From positions 6,449 to 70,448 of the forward strand of contig VGKG01000002.1 in the NCBI GenBank assembly GCA_016867115.1: a DNA stretch of 64,000 bases, given 5' to 3'. The translations under genes and the position numbers were made by a program. Below, one piece after another: positions 49,235-59,853 of this stretch (positions within the stretch are counted from its first letter, which is position 1; every line of letters starts with the position of its first letter). The DNA comes from Candidatus Omnitrophota bacterium. Its GTDB lineage: Bacteria > Omnitrophota > Gorgyraeia > Gygaellales > Profunditerraquicolaceae. The notes below the pieces were generated by a model. The model had not been told where the DNA came from. It was given only the letters and a program-made list of their open reading frames with translations, and made no database searches.

Positions 49235-52200
49235 CTACCCTAAATAAATATCGATTTTTTTGACCTGGCGGGAACGTATCTGTTCTGCGTAAGGCGCGCC
49301 TATGGTGCCGCAGGCAAGGTCGATTACCTTTCCGTCTTTATCCATGAAGGAGATGCGCTTTACTTTTGCAGCGGATTTTCCGAAGGTATCTTTTCTTTTG
49401 GGGTTATGGTAGGTCACGGAGACCTTGCTTAAGAAATGGAAGTTGTATGTGCCGTCTTTGGTAAAGAGCCATCCGGCCAAGGCGGGGGAGAACCTCAGGT
49501 TTAATTTACCCTCTTTGTTCAGGAAAAAGGGCTTAAGCCCGCAATTCATGATCAGCCATAACTGGATGAACTCTGCGGTTGAGCCGGAGAGCCGGGCGAC
49601 AAAGCCGTTGCCGTGCAGATGCTCATCCGGGAAGGCGCTGGAGACCAGGAAAGAGGAGTTTTCCAGGATGCTGCGGCCGTAGGTTTCCGGATCCAGGAAG
49701 GGTATCAGGACATTTTTAAAATCCGCGTAAAACTCCCCATATAAACCCTGCTTTAAAGCCTCCAGAAGGTATTTATATTCCATGTGCAGCCAGATGGATT
49801 CGTTCTCCAGCCACCCGGGAGTGAATACCCGGCACCTGCCGATCTCAAAGGGCATATCCTTTAAGGAGGCAGTGACCTTATACATCTTCAGCTTCCGGTC
49901 AAAGAGAGGGCTCTTTTTTGTGGCGTCATAGAGTTTTTTTGCCTCGGCGTAGGAGCCTGCGATCCGCAGAGCGTGCATCTGGCCCTCCAGGAATAGGGGA
50001 AGGTCCTTGCGCCGGAACTTCACCGGGAGGATCTTTTCGTCTCCGGCAGTATCATACTCCGTTACCTCATGCAGGAAATAGGAAGAGAAGAGCTCGTTCT
50101 TTTTGGCCTTCGCCTTTTTTATCGCGGAATCCGCTTTTGACAGGGCATTATCCAGGAACCTGCCAAGGAGAGCCGTTTCCAGAGGCATTTCGTTACCGCT
50201 TAGCCCTAGATGTATCCTTTTGCGGTAGGCTTCTTTAAGGCTGTAGCTCTTATCCCAATAGCGGAAATCCCGGTCCTGGCCATTGCCCTTCAGGTTTTCT
50301 TCAAGCAGGGCATTCAACCCGGCCAGAAAATCCAGCACTTCTTCGGCGACTTCGACTTTCTTTATTCCGGTCTTCTTCAGGGCCTCCTTTATGAAGAGGA
50401 CCAGCCTTTTCAGTTCAATGGTCTCGCAGAGCGAGGAGCCGAAGAGCGCAGGCAGGCCGTTAAGCGCATCATACCAGTTGGGCTTATTCGCCTCCATTTC
50501 TATGCCTATCCCTGAAGGGTCAAGCGAGGCGGCCTTATTCGCCAGGAGGCAGAGGAGTTTATTGAAGAGGTTGGTGGCGTAAATCTGGCCCTCGCCGTAG
50601 CAGGTGCGTACGACATAGGGCTGAGCTGTCCTTTTGAGGATGAGCTTAAGTTTTTCAGGGTCCGTGGCCACTGATTTCAATTGCCGCGGCAGGCCGCGGT
50701 AGAGCGTATATTTTTCTTTACGCGGTTTCACGGTTTCCGCAGAGTCATGGTAGGTGAATATCTTTTTGTCAAAGACGATCTCTTTGAGTTTTTCCGGGTA
50801 GACCTCTAAATAGGCGTCTAAAAGATCGAGGCTGTAGGTCCAGTGGTCAGTCCAGAAACCTTCCTGGTATTCCGCATCCTGCACCTTGATGCAATGGGAG
50901 AGGATGGCGCTGAGAAAATCATCCAGCGACGTACGCAGCCCGATCTTGTTCTCCTCCAGGAATACCAGCAGCTCTCCGGGAGTAAACTGTTTCTGCAGCA
51001 GGTAGGCGTTGAGCCTGGCTACGTCTTTTTCCGCAACCAGGTCCTTAAGCGCCATTTCCAAATAGGTCCTATCTTTGATGAGGAATCCGGCGCCCTTGAC
51101 CACTAATGGGTTGAATCCGTCCGCCTGCATAAGGTTGAAGAAATAGACCAGGTTTTCTTCCCCGATCTCAGGGTTGAACCAGATGTCGCACCTGCGGTTC
51201 TGGTTGATGTCGCGGAAATTGCCGTTACCCTGCGAAAAGTAGGTAGGCTGTATTGAGTAGCGGTTATAGTCTCTTTCCAGGTCCCCGTGCTTGCGGGAGT
51301 AAAGATAGAATACGGAAGAGGACTTGCCGAACTTGAAGATCATGGGGTAGCCGCCGCGCATGATATTATCCAGGTAAGTCTGGCGCGCGTAGAGGTTCAA
51401 TTCGCGGGAGCTGCTTGCCGTAAATATGTCCTGGGTGAGGCCGTCGATGATCTCTCGGTTTTCCTTCGCTTTTGCGGCAAGGTACTTCCTGCTGGCTATG
51501 CGTTTGATCGAGGTATTAAGGCTCTTGAGGCCGCGCATATAACCGGTAATGACGGAAAAATCTTTTTTCCCTTTTGCGGGCAGGTCAAGGTCCACAAGGA
51601 GCACGGCGCAGGGGGTCTTGCTGTTATTGATCTGCCTTTTGGGATAAGAGAAGTTTTTCGCCTCTAAGAACTCCCGCGGGTAAGAGAAATCGGAGACCGG
51701 GCCGAATATGCAGTCAGGGTCAATGATCGGCTTAAGAAGTTGGGCCTTGCCGGCTTTTTCCCGGAATCCCAGATAAAAGTGGCCTTCGTTTATATGGATA
51801 ATTTCCGGGCGGTCAGTGGGGTCTACGTCGAGTTTATAGAAAGGCACGCCCTTGCTGAGGTTCTCCACTCGCATCCAGGCTTCGATGGTGCGTCCGAGAT
51901 GTTTCAGGAAAAGGTTGGTGGTGCCGAAGGGGATGATCTGGGGCAGGCCGTCCAGGAGCTGGATCTTTATTGCCTTAGAGCTTAAGTTTTCTATGCTGAC
52001 CTGCCTGACTAGCCCGGCGTAGGAATCATTGGGGATATTAAAGTAATCCACCCTGACCTTCAATCCGAGGGTGCGGTTCTCCTCCTCGATGGTGAGGCTC
52101 CCGGGGGCTATGAGCATCCGGTTTGAAAGGGAAAAGTCCCGGCTTGCCAGACCGTTGTGGAAGGGTTCATAATAAGTGACGCCTTTTGCGCCTGTGATTT

Positions 52201-52453
52201 TGATAAAGGTACGAAAGCCATGCGATGTGACCAGCTGCCAGCTTTTGTTGGCAGGGAAGAACTCAAGGATGGAGTGGCCCTTGCCTTTTGTGCCGAAGCT
52301 TGAGATCGCCTGGCCCCGGTTGACGTAGAAGACCCACATCGGGATGCCGTATTTTCCGGCGATTCCGGGGAAGAAGTTCGCGAAGGGCTTGGTGTAATTG
52401 TAATTCTCGATTACGAACTCGCCCGATTCATTCAGGTAGTATTTCGGCTTCAT
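49235..52453 (-). CDS. Glycoside phosphorylase, GH94-related, probably GH161 beta-1,3-glucan phosphorylase
   Basis: FVIENY..KPFANFFPGIAG..GIPMWVFYVNRGQ, SRKHGDLERDYN, SQGNGNFRDINQNRR, WYDALNGLP, GWLENESIWLHMEYKY (from recall of the family). Confidence 0.75.
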   Translation of the reverse strand: MKPKYYLNESGEFVIENYNYTKPFANFFPGIAGKYGIPMWVFYVNRGQAISSFGTKGKGHSILEFFPANKSWQLVTSHGFRTFIKITGAKGVTYYEPFHNGLASRDFSLSNRMLIAPGSLTIEEENRTLGLKVRVDYFNIPNDSYAGLVRQVSIENLSSKAIKIQLLDGLPQIIPFGTTNLFLKHLGRTIEAWMRVENLSKGVPFYKLDVDPTDRPEIIHINEGHFYLGFREKAGKAQLLKPIIDPDCIFGPVSDFSYPREFLEAKNFSYPKRQINNSKTPCAVLLVDLDLPAKGKKDFSVITGYMRGLKSLNTSIKRIASRKYLAAKAKENREIIDGLTQDIFTASSSRELNLYARQTYLDNIMRGGYPMIFKFGKSSSVFYLYSRKHGDLERDYNRYSIQPTYFSQGNGNFRDINQNRRCDIWFNPEIGEENLVYFFNLMQADGFNPLVVKGAGFLIKDRTYLEMALKDLVAEKDVARLNAYLLQKQFTPGELLVFLEENKIGLRTSLDDFLSAILSHCIKVQDAEYQEGFWTDHWTYSLDLLDAYLEVYPEKLKEIVFDKKIFTYHDSAETVKPRKEKYTLYRGLPRQLKSVATDPEKLKLILKRTAQPYVVRTCYGEGQIYATNLFNKLLCLLANKAASLDPSGIGIEMEANKPNWYDALNGLPALFGSSLCETIELKRLVLFIKEALKKTGIKKVEVAEEVLDFLAGLNALLEENLKGNGQDRDFRYWDKSYSLKEAYRKRIHLGLSGNEMPLETALLGRFLDNALSKADSAIKKAKAKKNELFSSYFLHEVTEYDTAGDEKILPVKFRRKDLPLFLEGQMHALRIAGSYAEAKKLYDATKKSPLFDRKLKMYKVTASLKDMPFEIGRCRVFTPGWLENESIWLHMEYKYLLEALKQGLYGEFYADFKNVLIPFLDPETYGRSILENSSFLVSSAFPDEHLHGNGFVARLSGSTAEFIQLWLIMNCGLKPFFLNKEGKLNLRFSPALAGWLFTKDGTYNFHFLSKVSVTYHNPKRKDTFGKSAAKVKRISFMDKDGKVIDLACGTIGAPYAEQIRSRQVKKIDIYLG

Positions 52454-52464
52454 AATTAGAAGGT

Positions 52465-52534
52465 ATTCTACAGTATTTCGCGGGTTTGTCAAATAATAGT
52501 TGTGTTTGACTTTTAAAATAAAGGATGTTAATAT
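52465..52534. promoter_or_regulatory. Divergent promoters (phosphorylase on -, gatCAB on +)
   Basis: Minus: TTGACA (52492-52487)-N16-TAGAAT (52470-52465); plus: TTGACT 52506-52511-N17-TAATAT 52529-52534. Confidence 0.6.
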
Positions 52535-52558
52535 AACTCATTTATATGGGAGGACCGG

Positions 52559-52846
52559 ATGCCGATCACCAAGGATACAGTTGAATACGTGGCGCATTTG
52601 GCGCGCATTGACTTGCAGGCCAAAGAGTTAGAGAAACTTTCTCGCCAGCTGGAAGAGATCGTCATCTTCATCGACCGCTTTAAGGAGTTGGACCTTAAAG
52701 GGGTCTCTGCGGCCAGCCATATTTTACCTATACATAACGTGTTAAGGGAAGACGCCCCGCGGCCGGGCCTTTGCGCAGAAAAGGCGCTGCAGTGCGCTCC
52801 GCAGAAAGAAGGTAATTTTTTTGCCGTGCCCAAAGTCATTGAGTAA
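52559..52846 (+). CDS. gatC: Asp/Glu-tRNA amidotransferase subunit C
   Basis: [25 protein letters not shown]. Confidence 0.94.
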   Translation: MPITKDTVEYVAHLARIDLQAKELEKLSRQLEEIVIFIDRFKELDLKGVSAASHILPIHNVLREDAPRPGLCAEKALQCAPQKEGNFFAVPKVIE

Positions 52847-52854
52847 GTAAACAA

Positions 52855-52892
52855 TCGCATGCTATATGCAGTATACTGTATATAGCATGCGA
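52855..52892. repeat. 38-bp near-perfect palindrome built from heptamers
   Basis: TCGCATGCTATATGCAGTA|TACTGTATATAGCATGCGA, one mismatch. Confidence 0.85.
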
Positions 52893-52902
52893 CATACGGG
52901 AA

Positions 52903-54339
52903 ATGAATCTAAATACAAGCACATTAACTGCACATGAATTAATCGAGAAGTTAGACGGCAGGGAAATAACGCTTGAAGAGGTATTATCCGGCTTGCGGGA
53001 AAGGATAAATAAAATTGACCCGCAGGTAAAGGCTTATGTCAGGCGGAATGAGCCTCAAGCTGCCGTAAACCCCGCAGCCGCAGGTCCGTTAAAAGGCATC
53101 CCGGTTACGGTCAAGGATAATATCTGCACCGAAGGGCTCAATACTGAATGCTGCTCGCATATCCTCGAAGGTTTCCGGCCGCCTTATGATGCAACGGTCA
53201 TCCGTAAACTTAAAAGCGCAGGAGCGACTATCCTGGGGCTAAAGGCGAATATGGATGAGTTCGCCTTTGGTTCATCCACCGAGAACTCCTATTTCGGCCC
53301 GACGCATAATCCCTGGAGATTAGACTGCGTGCCCGGAGGCTCTTCCGGAGGTTCGGCTGCAGCAGTGGCTGCGGATGAGGCGGTTTTTGCCCTGGGCTCG
53401 GATACCGGGGGTTCTATCCGTCAGCCTGCGGCGTTCTGCGGGGTAGTGGGCATGAAGCCAACCTACGGAAGGGTTTCGCGTTACGGCCTGATCGCTTTTG
53501 CCTCAAGCCTTGACCAGATCGGCCCGATCACCAAGGATGTAGAGGATTGCTCGTTGCTGCTTGGGGTTATTTCCGGGCACGATCCGCTTGATTCCACCTC
53601 CGTAGATGCGCCGGTGCCGGATTACGGAAAATCTTTAGACAGGGATATAAAAGGCCTAAAGATCGCCATACCCAAAGAGTATTTTGTCGAAGGCATGGAG
53701 GCGCAGGTGAAGGAGGCGCTGGAAGAAGCGGTAAGCGAATTAAAGAAACTGGGCGCAACCGTTAAGGAGATATCGCTGCCCCATACAAAATACGCAGTTC
53801 CCGTTTATTACATCGTGGCCACGGCCGAGGCAAGTTCAAACCTGGCCAGGTTTGACGGGGTGCAGTACGGATTACGCATAAAGTCGGAGAACCTCATCGA
53901 GATGTACAAAAAAACGCGCGGTGAAGGCTTTGGCCAGGAGGCGAAGCGAAGGGTCATCCTGGGCACCTTTGCCCTCTCTCACGGTTATTACGAGGCTTAT
54001 TACCTTAACGCCCTGAAGGTGCGCACCCTCATCAAGCGGGACTTTGACGGGGCCTTCAAAGAGTTCGATTGCATAGTCACCCCGACTTCTCCGAGCGCGG
54101 CGTTTAAGATCGGCGAGAAGGTCGAGGACCCTTTGAAGATGTACCTCTCTGACATCTACACTATCTCGGCGAACCTCGCCGGGATCCCGGCGATATCCGT
54201 CCCCTGCGGCTTTACCGGAGATAATCTGCCCGTAGGCCTGCAGATCTTGGCCAGGCCTTTTGACGAAGGGACGCTTCTTAAGGCGGCATTTGCGTATGAG
54301 CAGGCGACAGTATGGCATAAAATGAAGCCGAAAGTCTGA
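52903..54339 (+). CDS. gatA: Asp/Glu-tRNA amidotransferase subunit A
   Basis: [31 protein letters not shown]. Confidence 0.96.
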   Translation: MNLNTSTLTAHELIEKLDGREITLEEVLSGLRERINKIDPQVKAYVRRNEPQAAVNPAAAGPLKGIPVTVKDNICTEGLNTECCSHILEGFRPPYDATVIRKLKSAGATILGLKANMDEFAFGSSTENSYFGPTHNPWRLDCVPGGSSGGSAAAVAADEAVFALGSDTGGSIRQPAAFCGVVGMKPTYGRVSRYGLIAFASSLDQIGPITKDVEDCSLLLGVISGHDPLDSTSVDAPVPDYGKSLDRDIKGLKIAIPKEYFVEGMEAQVKEALEEAVSELKKLGATVKEISLPHTKYAVPVYYIVATAEASSNLARFDGVQYGLRIKSENLIEMYKKTRGEGFGQEAKRRVILGTFALSHGYYEAYYLNALKVRTLIKRDFDGAFKEFDCIVTPTSPSAAFKIGEKVEDPLKMYLSDIYTISANLAGIPAISVPCGFTGDNLPVGLQILARPFDEGTLLKAAFAYEQATVWHKMKPKV

Positions 54340-54341
54340 CG

Positions 54342-55775
54342 ATGGATTACCAAGCAGTCATCGGATTAGAAGTACATGCGCATTTGAAGACTAGGACCAA
54401 GGCCTTCTGCGGCTGCCCTACGGAGTTCGGCGCGCCCGCCAACTCTCAGGTCTGCCCGGTGTGCCTCGGTTTTCCGGGCAGCCTTCCGGTCTTGAATAAA
54501 GCGGCGCTGGATTTTGCCGTTAAGGTGGCCCTTGCTTTAAATTGCACGGTCCAGGAGTTCACCAAATTAGACCGTAAGAATTATTTCTACCCTGACCTGC
54601 CGAAGAATTACCAGATCTCCCAGTACGACCTGCCCTTGTCGAGGAACGGTTTCCTGGATATTTTCACGGGTAAGACCCGTAAGCGCATCGGGATCACCCG
54701 CGTGCACCTTGAGGAGGACGCGGGCAAACTCATCCATCAGGAGTCTGTCAGCCTGGTCGATTTTAACCGCTCCGGCATACCTTTATTAGAGATCGTCAGC
54801 GAACCGGATATTAATTCGCCCCAGGAGGCTTACGCATACCTGACTGCGCTGAAAAGCATCCTGGAATACCTGGAGGTCTCTGACTGCGACATGGAGAAGG
54901 GCTCTTTACGCTGCGACGCCAATATCTCGGTGCGCAAGGCCGGAGAAAAAACCCTCGGGACAAAGGCAGAGCTCAAAAACATGAACTCCTTCAAGGCGGT
55001 GCGGGATGCGCTGGATTATGAGATCCTGCGCCAGTCAGAGGAGGTCGCTTCCGGGAACGCTGTCGTCCAGGAGACACGGCTATGGGATGCAGGCAAGCAG
55101 AAGACTCTTCCCATGCGCGCTAAGGAAGAAGCAAAGGATTACCGCTATTTTCCCGAACCGGACCTGCCGCCCTTTATCATCAGGGCCGAGGCAATAGAAG
55201 AGGTAAGGAAGGGCATACCGGAAATGCCCAGGGAAAAGATCAGCCGCTTCATGTCTGATTTCGGGATCTCGGAATACGACGCCACCATCCTTACCTCAAG
55301 AAAGGAAGACGCGCTATTTGCCGAAGAGTGCATTAAGGAATACCCGGAAAAAGATAAAAAGACAGTCACTAACTGGCTCATCGGGCCGCTGTTGTCGGAG
55401 GCAAACAACCGTAATTGCGCATTACCCGGATTAAGGATCACGGCGAAGAGGCTCCTGGGCCTGATCAGCCTGGTGGAGAGGCAGGAGATCTCCGGCCTCT
55501 CGGCAAAAACGGTTTTGACCGAGATGATCGATTCCGGCAGGGAGGCAGGAGAGATCATCAAAGAGAAGGGTTTAAGCCAGGTCTCGGATTCCGCAAGCCT
55601 GGAGTCGGTGGCGGATGAGGTGATCAGGGAAAACGTAAAGTCCGTCGCGGATTTTAAACAGGGCAAAGAGAGCGCCCTGATGTTTCTGGTGGGCCAGGCG
55701 ATGAAAAAAAGCAGAGGAAAGGCAAATCCTAAAGTCATCCAGGAAGTATTAAAACGGAGGTTGGCTGATGCGTAA
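54342..55775 (+). CDS. gatB: Asp/Glu-tRNA amidotransferase subunit B
   Basis: IGLEVH, RKNYFYPDLPK, HLEEDAGK, DYRYFPEPDL. Confidence 0.97.
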   Translation: MDYQAVIGLEVHAHLKTRTKAFCGCPTEFGAPANSQVCPVCLGFPGSLPVLNKAALDFAVKVALALNCTVQEFTKLDRKNYFYPDLPKNYQISQYDLPLSRNGFLDIFTGKTRKRIGITRVHLEEDAGKLIHQESVSLVDFNRSGIPLLEIVSEPDINSPQEAYAYLTALKSILEYLEVSDCDMEKGSLRCDANISVRKAGEKTLGTKAELKNMNSFKAVRDALDYEILRQSEEVASGNAVVQETRLWDAGKQKTLPMRAKEEAKDYRYFPEPDLPPFIIRAEAIEEVRKGIPEMPREKISRFMSDFGISEYDATILTSRKEDALFAEECIKEYPEKDKKTVTNWLIGPLLSEANNRNCALPGLRITAKRLLGLISLVERQEISGLSAKTVLTEMIDSGREAGEIIKEKGLSQVSDSASLESVADEVIRENVKSVADFKQGKESALMFLVGQAMKKSRGKANPKVIQEVLKRRLADA

Positions 55776-57057
55776 CAGGAAGATCTTGATCTCTATTTTT
55801 ATCTTGGGGGCCTTTTTATTCTGCGCCCTTACTGTCCACGGCGAAGAGAAGAAGAAAAAGAAAAAAGAGGACCTCTACCGGCAGGTTGAGCTCTTTTCCG
55901 ATTCTCTGGCAATAGTGCAATCCGAATACGTGGATGAGGCCAGCGCCAAGGACCTGATCTACGGTTCGCTTAAGGGCATGCTCTCAAGCCTTGATCCCCA
56001 TAGCCAGTTTATGGACCCCGATACCTACAACGAGCTCAGGGTCGAGACCGAGGGGAAGTTCGGGGGGCTGGGCATCGAGATCACCATCAAAGACGGCCTG
56101 CTTACCGTAGTGACGCCCATAGAAGATACACCCGCCTGGAAAGCGGGGATCAGGTCAGGTGACCGGATCGTGAAGATCAACGACGAATTGACCCGCGATA
56201 TGACCCTGACTGACGCGGTAAAGCGCATGCGCGGCAAGGTGGGAGAAGCGGTGAACCTGACGATTTTAAGGGAATCAGAGAAGAGGATCCTGGAATTGAA
56301 GATCGTGCGCGACGTGATTAAGATCCGGGATATCAAGGAGGCGAGGGTGCTTGAGGACGGCGTCGCCTACATCCGCCTGATCGAGTTCCGCGAGAACACG
56401 GCGCAGGATATTAACGCGGCGCTGGATAAGCTGACCAGGGAGAAGATGAATGCGCTGATCCTGGACCTGCGCAATAATCCGGGAGGGCTTCTGGATGTGG
56501 CTGTGCGGGTGGCGGAGAAGTTTATCCCCAAGGGCAAGCTCATTGTTTACACCAAGGGCCGCAAGCCCAATCAGAACCTGGAGTTTATTTCAAAGGGGGC
56601 AAACCCGGTTACGGATTTGCCGATGGCGGTATTGATCAATGAGGGTTCTGCCTCGGGGAGCGAGATCGTCGCCGGATGCCTGCAGGATTACAGGCGCGCG
56701 ATCATCGTGGGCAAGAAGTCTTTCGGCAAAGGCTCGGTGCAGACAGTCATCCCGCTTTCGGACGGCTCGGCGCTGCGGCTGACCACGAGCAAGTACTTTA
56801 CTCCCCTGGGTAAGGTCATCCACAGCAAGGGGGTAGAGCCGGATATCGTGGTCGATGAGGTAAGGGTGGTGGCCCTGCCGGAATCCGAAAAAGAAAAGAA
56901 GCCGGAAGACATCTTTGAAGAGCTGGAAAAGAAAGAAAAACCCAAAGAAGAAAAAGAAAGGCAATTCGACTATAAATCCGATAACCAGCTGATGCGCGCC
57001 ATTGACGTCCTGAAGGCGATAAAGTTCTATAAAAGTGAAAAGACAGCCGCAAAGTAG
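55768..57057 (+). CDS. ctpA: C-terminal processing peptidase S41 with PDZ domain
   Basis: LDPHS, FGGLGIEI, DLRNNPGG, SASGSEI, FGKGSVQ. Confidence 0.92.
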   Translation: MRNRKILISIFILGAFLFCALTVHGEEKKKKKKEDLYRQVELFSDSLAIVQSEYVDEASAKDLIYGSLKGMLSSLDPHSQFMDPDTYNELRVETEGKFGGLGIEITIKDGLLTVVTPIEDTPAWKAGIRSGDRIVKINDELTRDMTLTDAVKRMRGKVGEAVNLTILRESEKRILELKIVRDVIKIRDIKEARVLEDGVAYIRLIEFRENTAQDINAALDKLTREKMNALILDLRNNPGGLLDVAVRVAEKFIPKGKLIVYTKGRKPNQNLEFISKGANPVTDLPMAVLINEGSASGSEIVAGCLQDYRRAIIVGKKSFGKGSVQTVIPLSDGSALRLTTSKYFTPLGKVIHSKGVEPDIVVDEVRVVALPESEKEKKPEDIFEELEKKEKPKEEKERQFDYKSDNQLMRAIDVLKAIKFYKSEKTAAK

Positions 57058-57856
57058 CCCGAAATACAGCCTTGTCATCTCGGCACTGCTGGTAGTGATC
57101 ATCCTGCAATGGATCTATATTGCCCGCACCCACCGGCCGGAAAAACCGTCGAAGGAAGCGATAAGGCCTGAACCAAAGCCTCCGGTGACGCAGGCGGTAA
57201 AGGGGAGGATCGCCATTGTCCTGGATGACTGGGGTTACAACCTGAACAATCTAGGGCTTATCGAAGAGATCAGATATCCGGTCACCCTGGCGGTATTGCC
57301 GAACCTGGCTTTTTCGGAGAGGATCGCCAAAGAACTTAATGCCAGGGGTTTCGAGGTCATTCTGCACCTGCCTATGGAGCCGCGGGAAAAGAAGCGCCTT
57401 GAGAAGAATACGGTGATGGTTTCGATGAGCCGGGAGAAGCTCGGCGATATCCTCGACGATGACCTGGCTGCCGTACCTTTTGCGCGGGGGGTCTCAAATC
57501 ACATGGGTTCTCTGGCTACGAGGGATAACGCGACCATGGAGGCGCTGTTCAGGGAGCTGAAGAAGAGGCGCCTTTATTTTCTGGACAGCTACGTCTCTTC
57601 AGGCAACACCGGGCTTGAAGCCGCCAGAAAGGTGAATCTGAGGTACGCCCGCCGGGACGTGTTCCTGGATAACCGGCTTGAAGCCTCGTATATCCGCAGA
57701 CAGGTCCAGCAGCTGAAAATGAAGGCAAAGATGCGCGGCGAGGCGATCGGCATAGGCCATGACCGCAGGGCTACGCTTGAAGTCCTGAAAGAAATGATGC
57801 CGCAGCTTGCCAAGGAAGGATACCGGTTCGTATTCGTTTCGGAGCTGGTGGAATAA
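57035..57856 (+). CDS. Divergent polysaccharide deacetylase (YibQ family)
   Basis: IAIVLDDWG, HLPMEP, NHMGS, RDVFLD, AIGIGH. Confidence 0.92.
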   Translation: MKRQPQSSPKYSLVISALLVVIILQWIYIARTHRPEKPSKEAIRPEPKPPVTQAVKGRIAIVLDDWGYNLNNLGLIEEIRYPVTLAVLPNLAFSERIAKELNARGFEVILHLPMEPREKKRLEKNTVMVSMSREKLGDILDDDLAAVPFARGVSNHMGSLATRDNATMEALFRELKKRRLYFLDSYVSSGNTGLEAARKVNLRYARRDVFLDNRLEASYIRRQVQQLKMKAKMRGEAIGIGHDRRATLEVLKEMMPQLAKEGYRFVFVSELVE

Positions 57857-58840
57857 ATGTACGTTTTAGGGATCGAGACATCTTGCGATGAGACATCTGC
57901 AGCCGTGGTCAAAGACGGCCGCAAGATCCTTTCTAATGTCGTCAGCTCGAGCCTGAAGTTCCATAAGAAGTACGGAGGCGTCGTTCCCGAGATCGCATCG
58001 CGCCTATGCCTTGAGACGATCTCTTTTGTCACGGATGACGCGCTCGGCCAGGCAGGGGTAAGTCTTAAGGATATAGGCCTAGTCAGCGTGACCAGCGGCC
58101 CCGGGCTACTGGGTTCGTTACTGGTCGGCGTATCTTTTGCCAAATCGCTCTACCTTGCCTTAGGCGTGCCGCTATTGGGCGTTGACCATATCCAGAGCCA
58201 CGTTTATGCAAACTTCCTGAACGGCAGGCCGATAAAACTGCCCTTTATCGCCCTGGTCGTCTCAGGCGGCCATACCAGCCTCTTTTTTGTGGAAGATTTT
58301 GGCAGGATCCGGACCCTGGGAGAGACTCAGGATGACGCCTGCGGCGAGGCGTTTGATAAGGTGGCAAAGATTTTGGGCCTCGGTTACCCGGGCGGCCCTC
58401 TGATCGAGAAGCTGGCGAGGTCAGGGAATCCTAAAAAGATAAGATTCCGGTGTTCTGAAACCGGCCGGGAGCTTGATTTCAGTTTTAGCGGGATAAAGAC
58501 CGCGGTGCTTTACGCGGTAAGGGGGAGGCGATTGACATTGCAGGAGAAGAGGGATATCGCCGCCTCCTTCCAGGAGTCTGCGATCGGGGCCCTGATCAGG
58601 AAAGCTCATTTAGCCTGCAGGCTTAAGAGGACGCCGCGCCTGGTCATCGGCGGAGGAGTGGTCGCAAACAGCAGATTAAGGGAAAGGTTTTACGCAGAAT
58701 CTAAGAAGGCGGGCATAGATTGTTATTTTCCCGCATCTGACCTTTGCACGGACAATGCGGCTATGGTCGCCGGATTCGGGCACGCCTTGTTCAAAAGAGG
58801 CCAACGGTCCGGCCTTTATCTGACCGCGGGAGCCGGTTAA
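57857..58840 (+). CDS. tsaD: tRNA N6-threonylcarbamoyltransferase
   Basis: LGIETSCDET, GGVVPEIASR, VSGGHT, DDACGEAFDK, CTDNAAM. Confidence 0.96.
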   Translation: MYVLGIETSCDETSAAVVKDGRKILSNVVSSSLKFHKKYGGVVPEIASRLCLETISFVTDDALGQAGVSLKDIGLVSVTSGPGLLGSLLVGVSFAKSLYLALGVPLLGVDHIQSHVYANFLNGRPIKLPFIALVVSGGHTSLFFVEDFGRIRTLGETQDDACGEAFDKVAKILGLGYPGGPLIEKLARSGNPKKIRFRCSETGRELDFSFSGIKTAVLYAVRGRRLTLQEKRDIAASFQESAIGALIRKAHLACRLKRTPRLVIGGGVVANSRLRERFYAESKKAGIDCYFPASDLCTDNAAMVAGFGHALFKRGQRSGLYLTAGAG

Positions 58841-58864
58841 TCGAATCAGAATGGAGGCATAAAT

Positions 58865-59305
58865 ATGCTTACAGACTTGGATATCATCATGCGCCTGACG
58901 CTGACTATGGTCTTAAGCGGGCTGATCGGGCTTGAACGCCAGTTACACCGCCGCGCTGCGGGGCTGCGTACCCATATGCTGGTCTCCATGGGCAGCTGCC
59001 TTATCATGTTGACATCGCTTTATGTTTTTGATATATATAAGGATAAGGCGGCACCTGATCCGGCACGTATTGCCGCAGGCGTCATCACCGGCATCGGATT
59101 TTTAGGGGCCGGTACGATTATCCGCGAGCCGGAAGGGGTCAGGGGCCTGACCACGGCAGCCAGCCTTTGGGTGGTCGCAGGCATAGGCTTAGCCGTCGGT
59201 TGCGGTTTTTTTAATGCCGGGATCTATACTACGGTCCTGACAGTGATTGCTCTTTTTTTTATGCGCTATATAGAGGGATTTATACCGGAAGAGGGAAAGA
59301 AGTAA
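58865..59305 (+). CDS. MgtC/SapB-family membrane protein
   Basis: IGLER, AGLRTH, DPARIAA..ITGIGFLGAG, GLTTAASLW. Confidence 0.93.
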   Translation: MLTDLDIIMRLTLTMVLSGLIGLERQLHRRAAGLRTHMLVSMGSCLIMLTSLYVFDIYKDKAAPDPARIAAGVITGIGFLGAGTIIREPEGVRGLTTAASLWVVAGIGLAVGCGFFNAGIYTTVLTVIALFFMRYIEGFIPEEGKK

Positions 59306-59325
59306 TTAAACGGGGGAGGTGACAG

Positions 59326-59829
59326 ATGGCCTTTAAGAAGAAGATGGAGGAAAAGATCCTGGATGTAGATGCTTCCATGACCGGGACCCTGAGTTTCAAA
59401 GACCCGGTTAACCTGCGCATCAACGGAAAGTTTGAAGGTAACCTCAATACCAAGGGAAACCTTACCATCGGTCCGGCAGCCATCGTGCTTGCGGATATCG
59501 TCGGCGACAATATTATCATCGGGGGAAGGGTCAAGGGGAAGATTACCGCAAGGGAGAGGCTGACGCTTCTTCCTTCGGCGGTAGTAGAGGGAGACATCTA
59601 TCCGGCAAGGCTCAATGTCACGGAAGGCGCGATCCTTGAGGGTAAATGCGTGATGCTGCAGGATTTTCTCAACGCCGCGGAAGTGGCGAAGTACCTGGAG
59701 ATCGACCTTAACTCAGTAATGGAATGGGCCAATTCCGGCAAGATGCCCGGGCACAGGGAAGGAAGCGACTGGAAGTTCGAGCGTAAATCAATCGATGCCT
59801 GGCTGGCCGCAGGCAAGATAGAAAGGTAA
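59326..59829 (+). CDS. Bactofilin fused to C-terminal excisionase-like HTH (HTH_17)
   Basis: Bactofilin beta-helix (LRINGKFEGNL, IIIGGRVKGKI, VVEGDI, GAILEG) followed by FLNAAEVAKYL...GKMPG...WKF. Confidence 0.85.
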   Translation: MAFKKKMEEKILDVDASMTGTLSFKDPVNLRINGKFEGNLNTKGNLTIGPAAIVLADIVGDNIIIGGRVKGKITARERLTLLPSAVVEGDIYPARLNVTEGAILEGKCVMLQDFLNAAEVAKYLEIDLNSVMEWANSGKMPGHREGSDWKFERKSIDAWLAAGKIER

Positions 59830-59853
59830 GCCCCCGGGCTTTAAGAAAGACCC

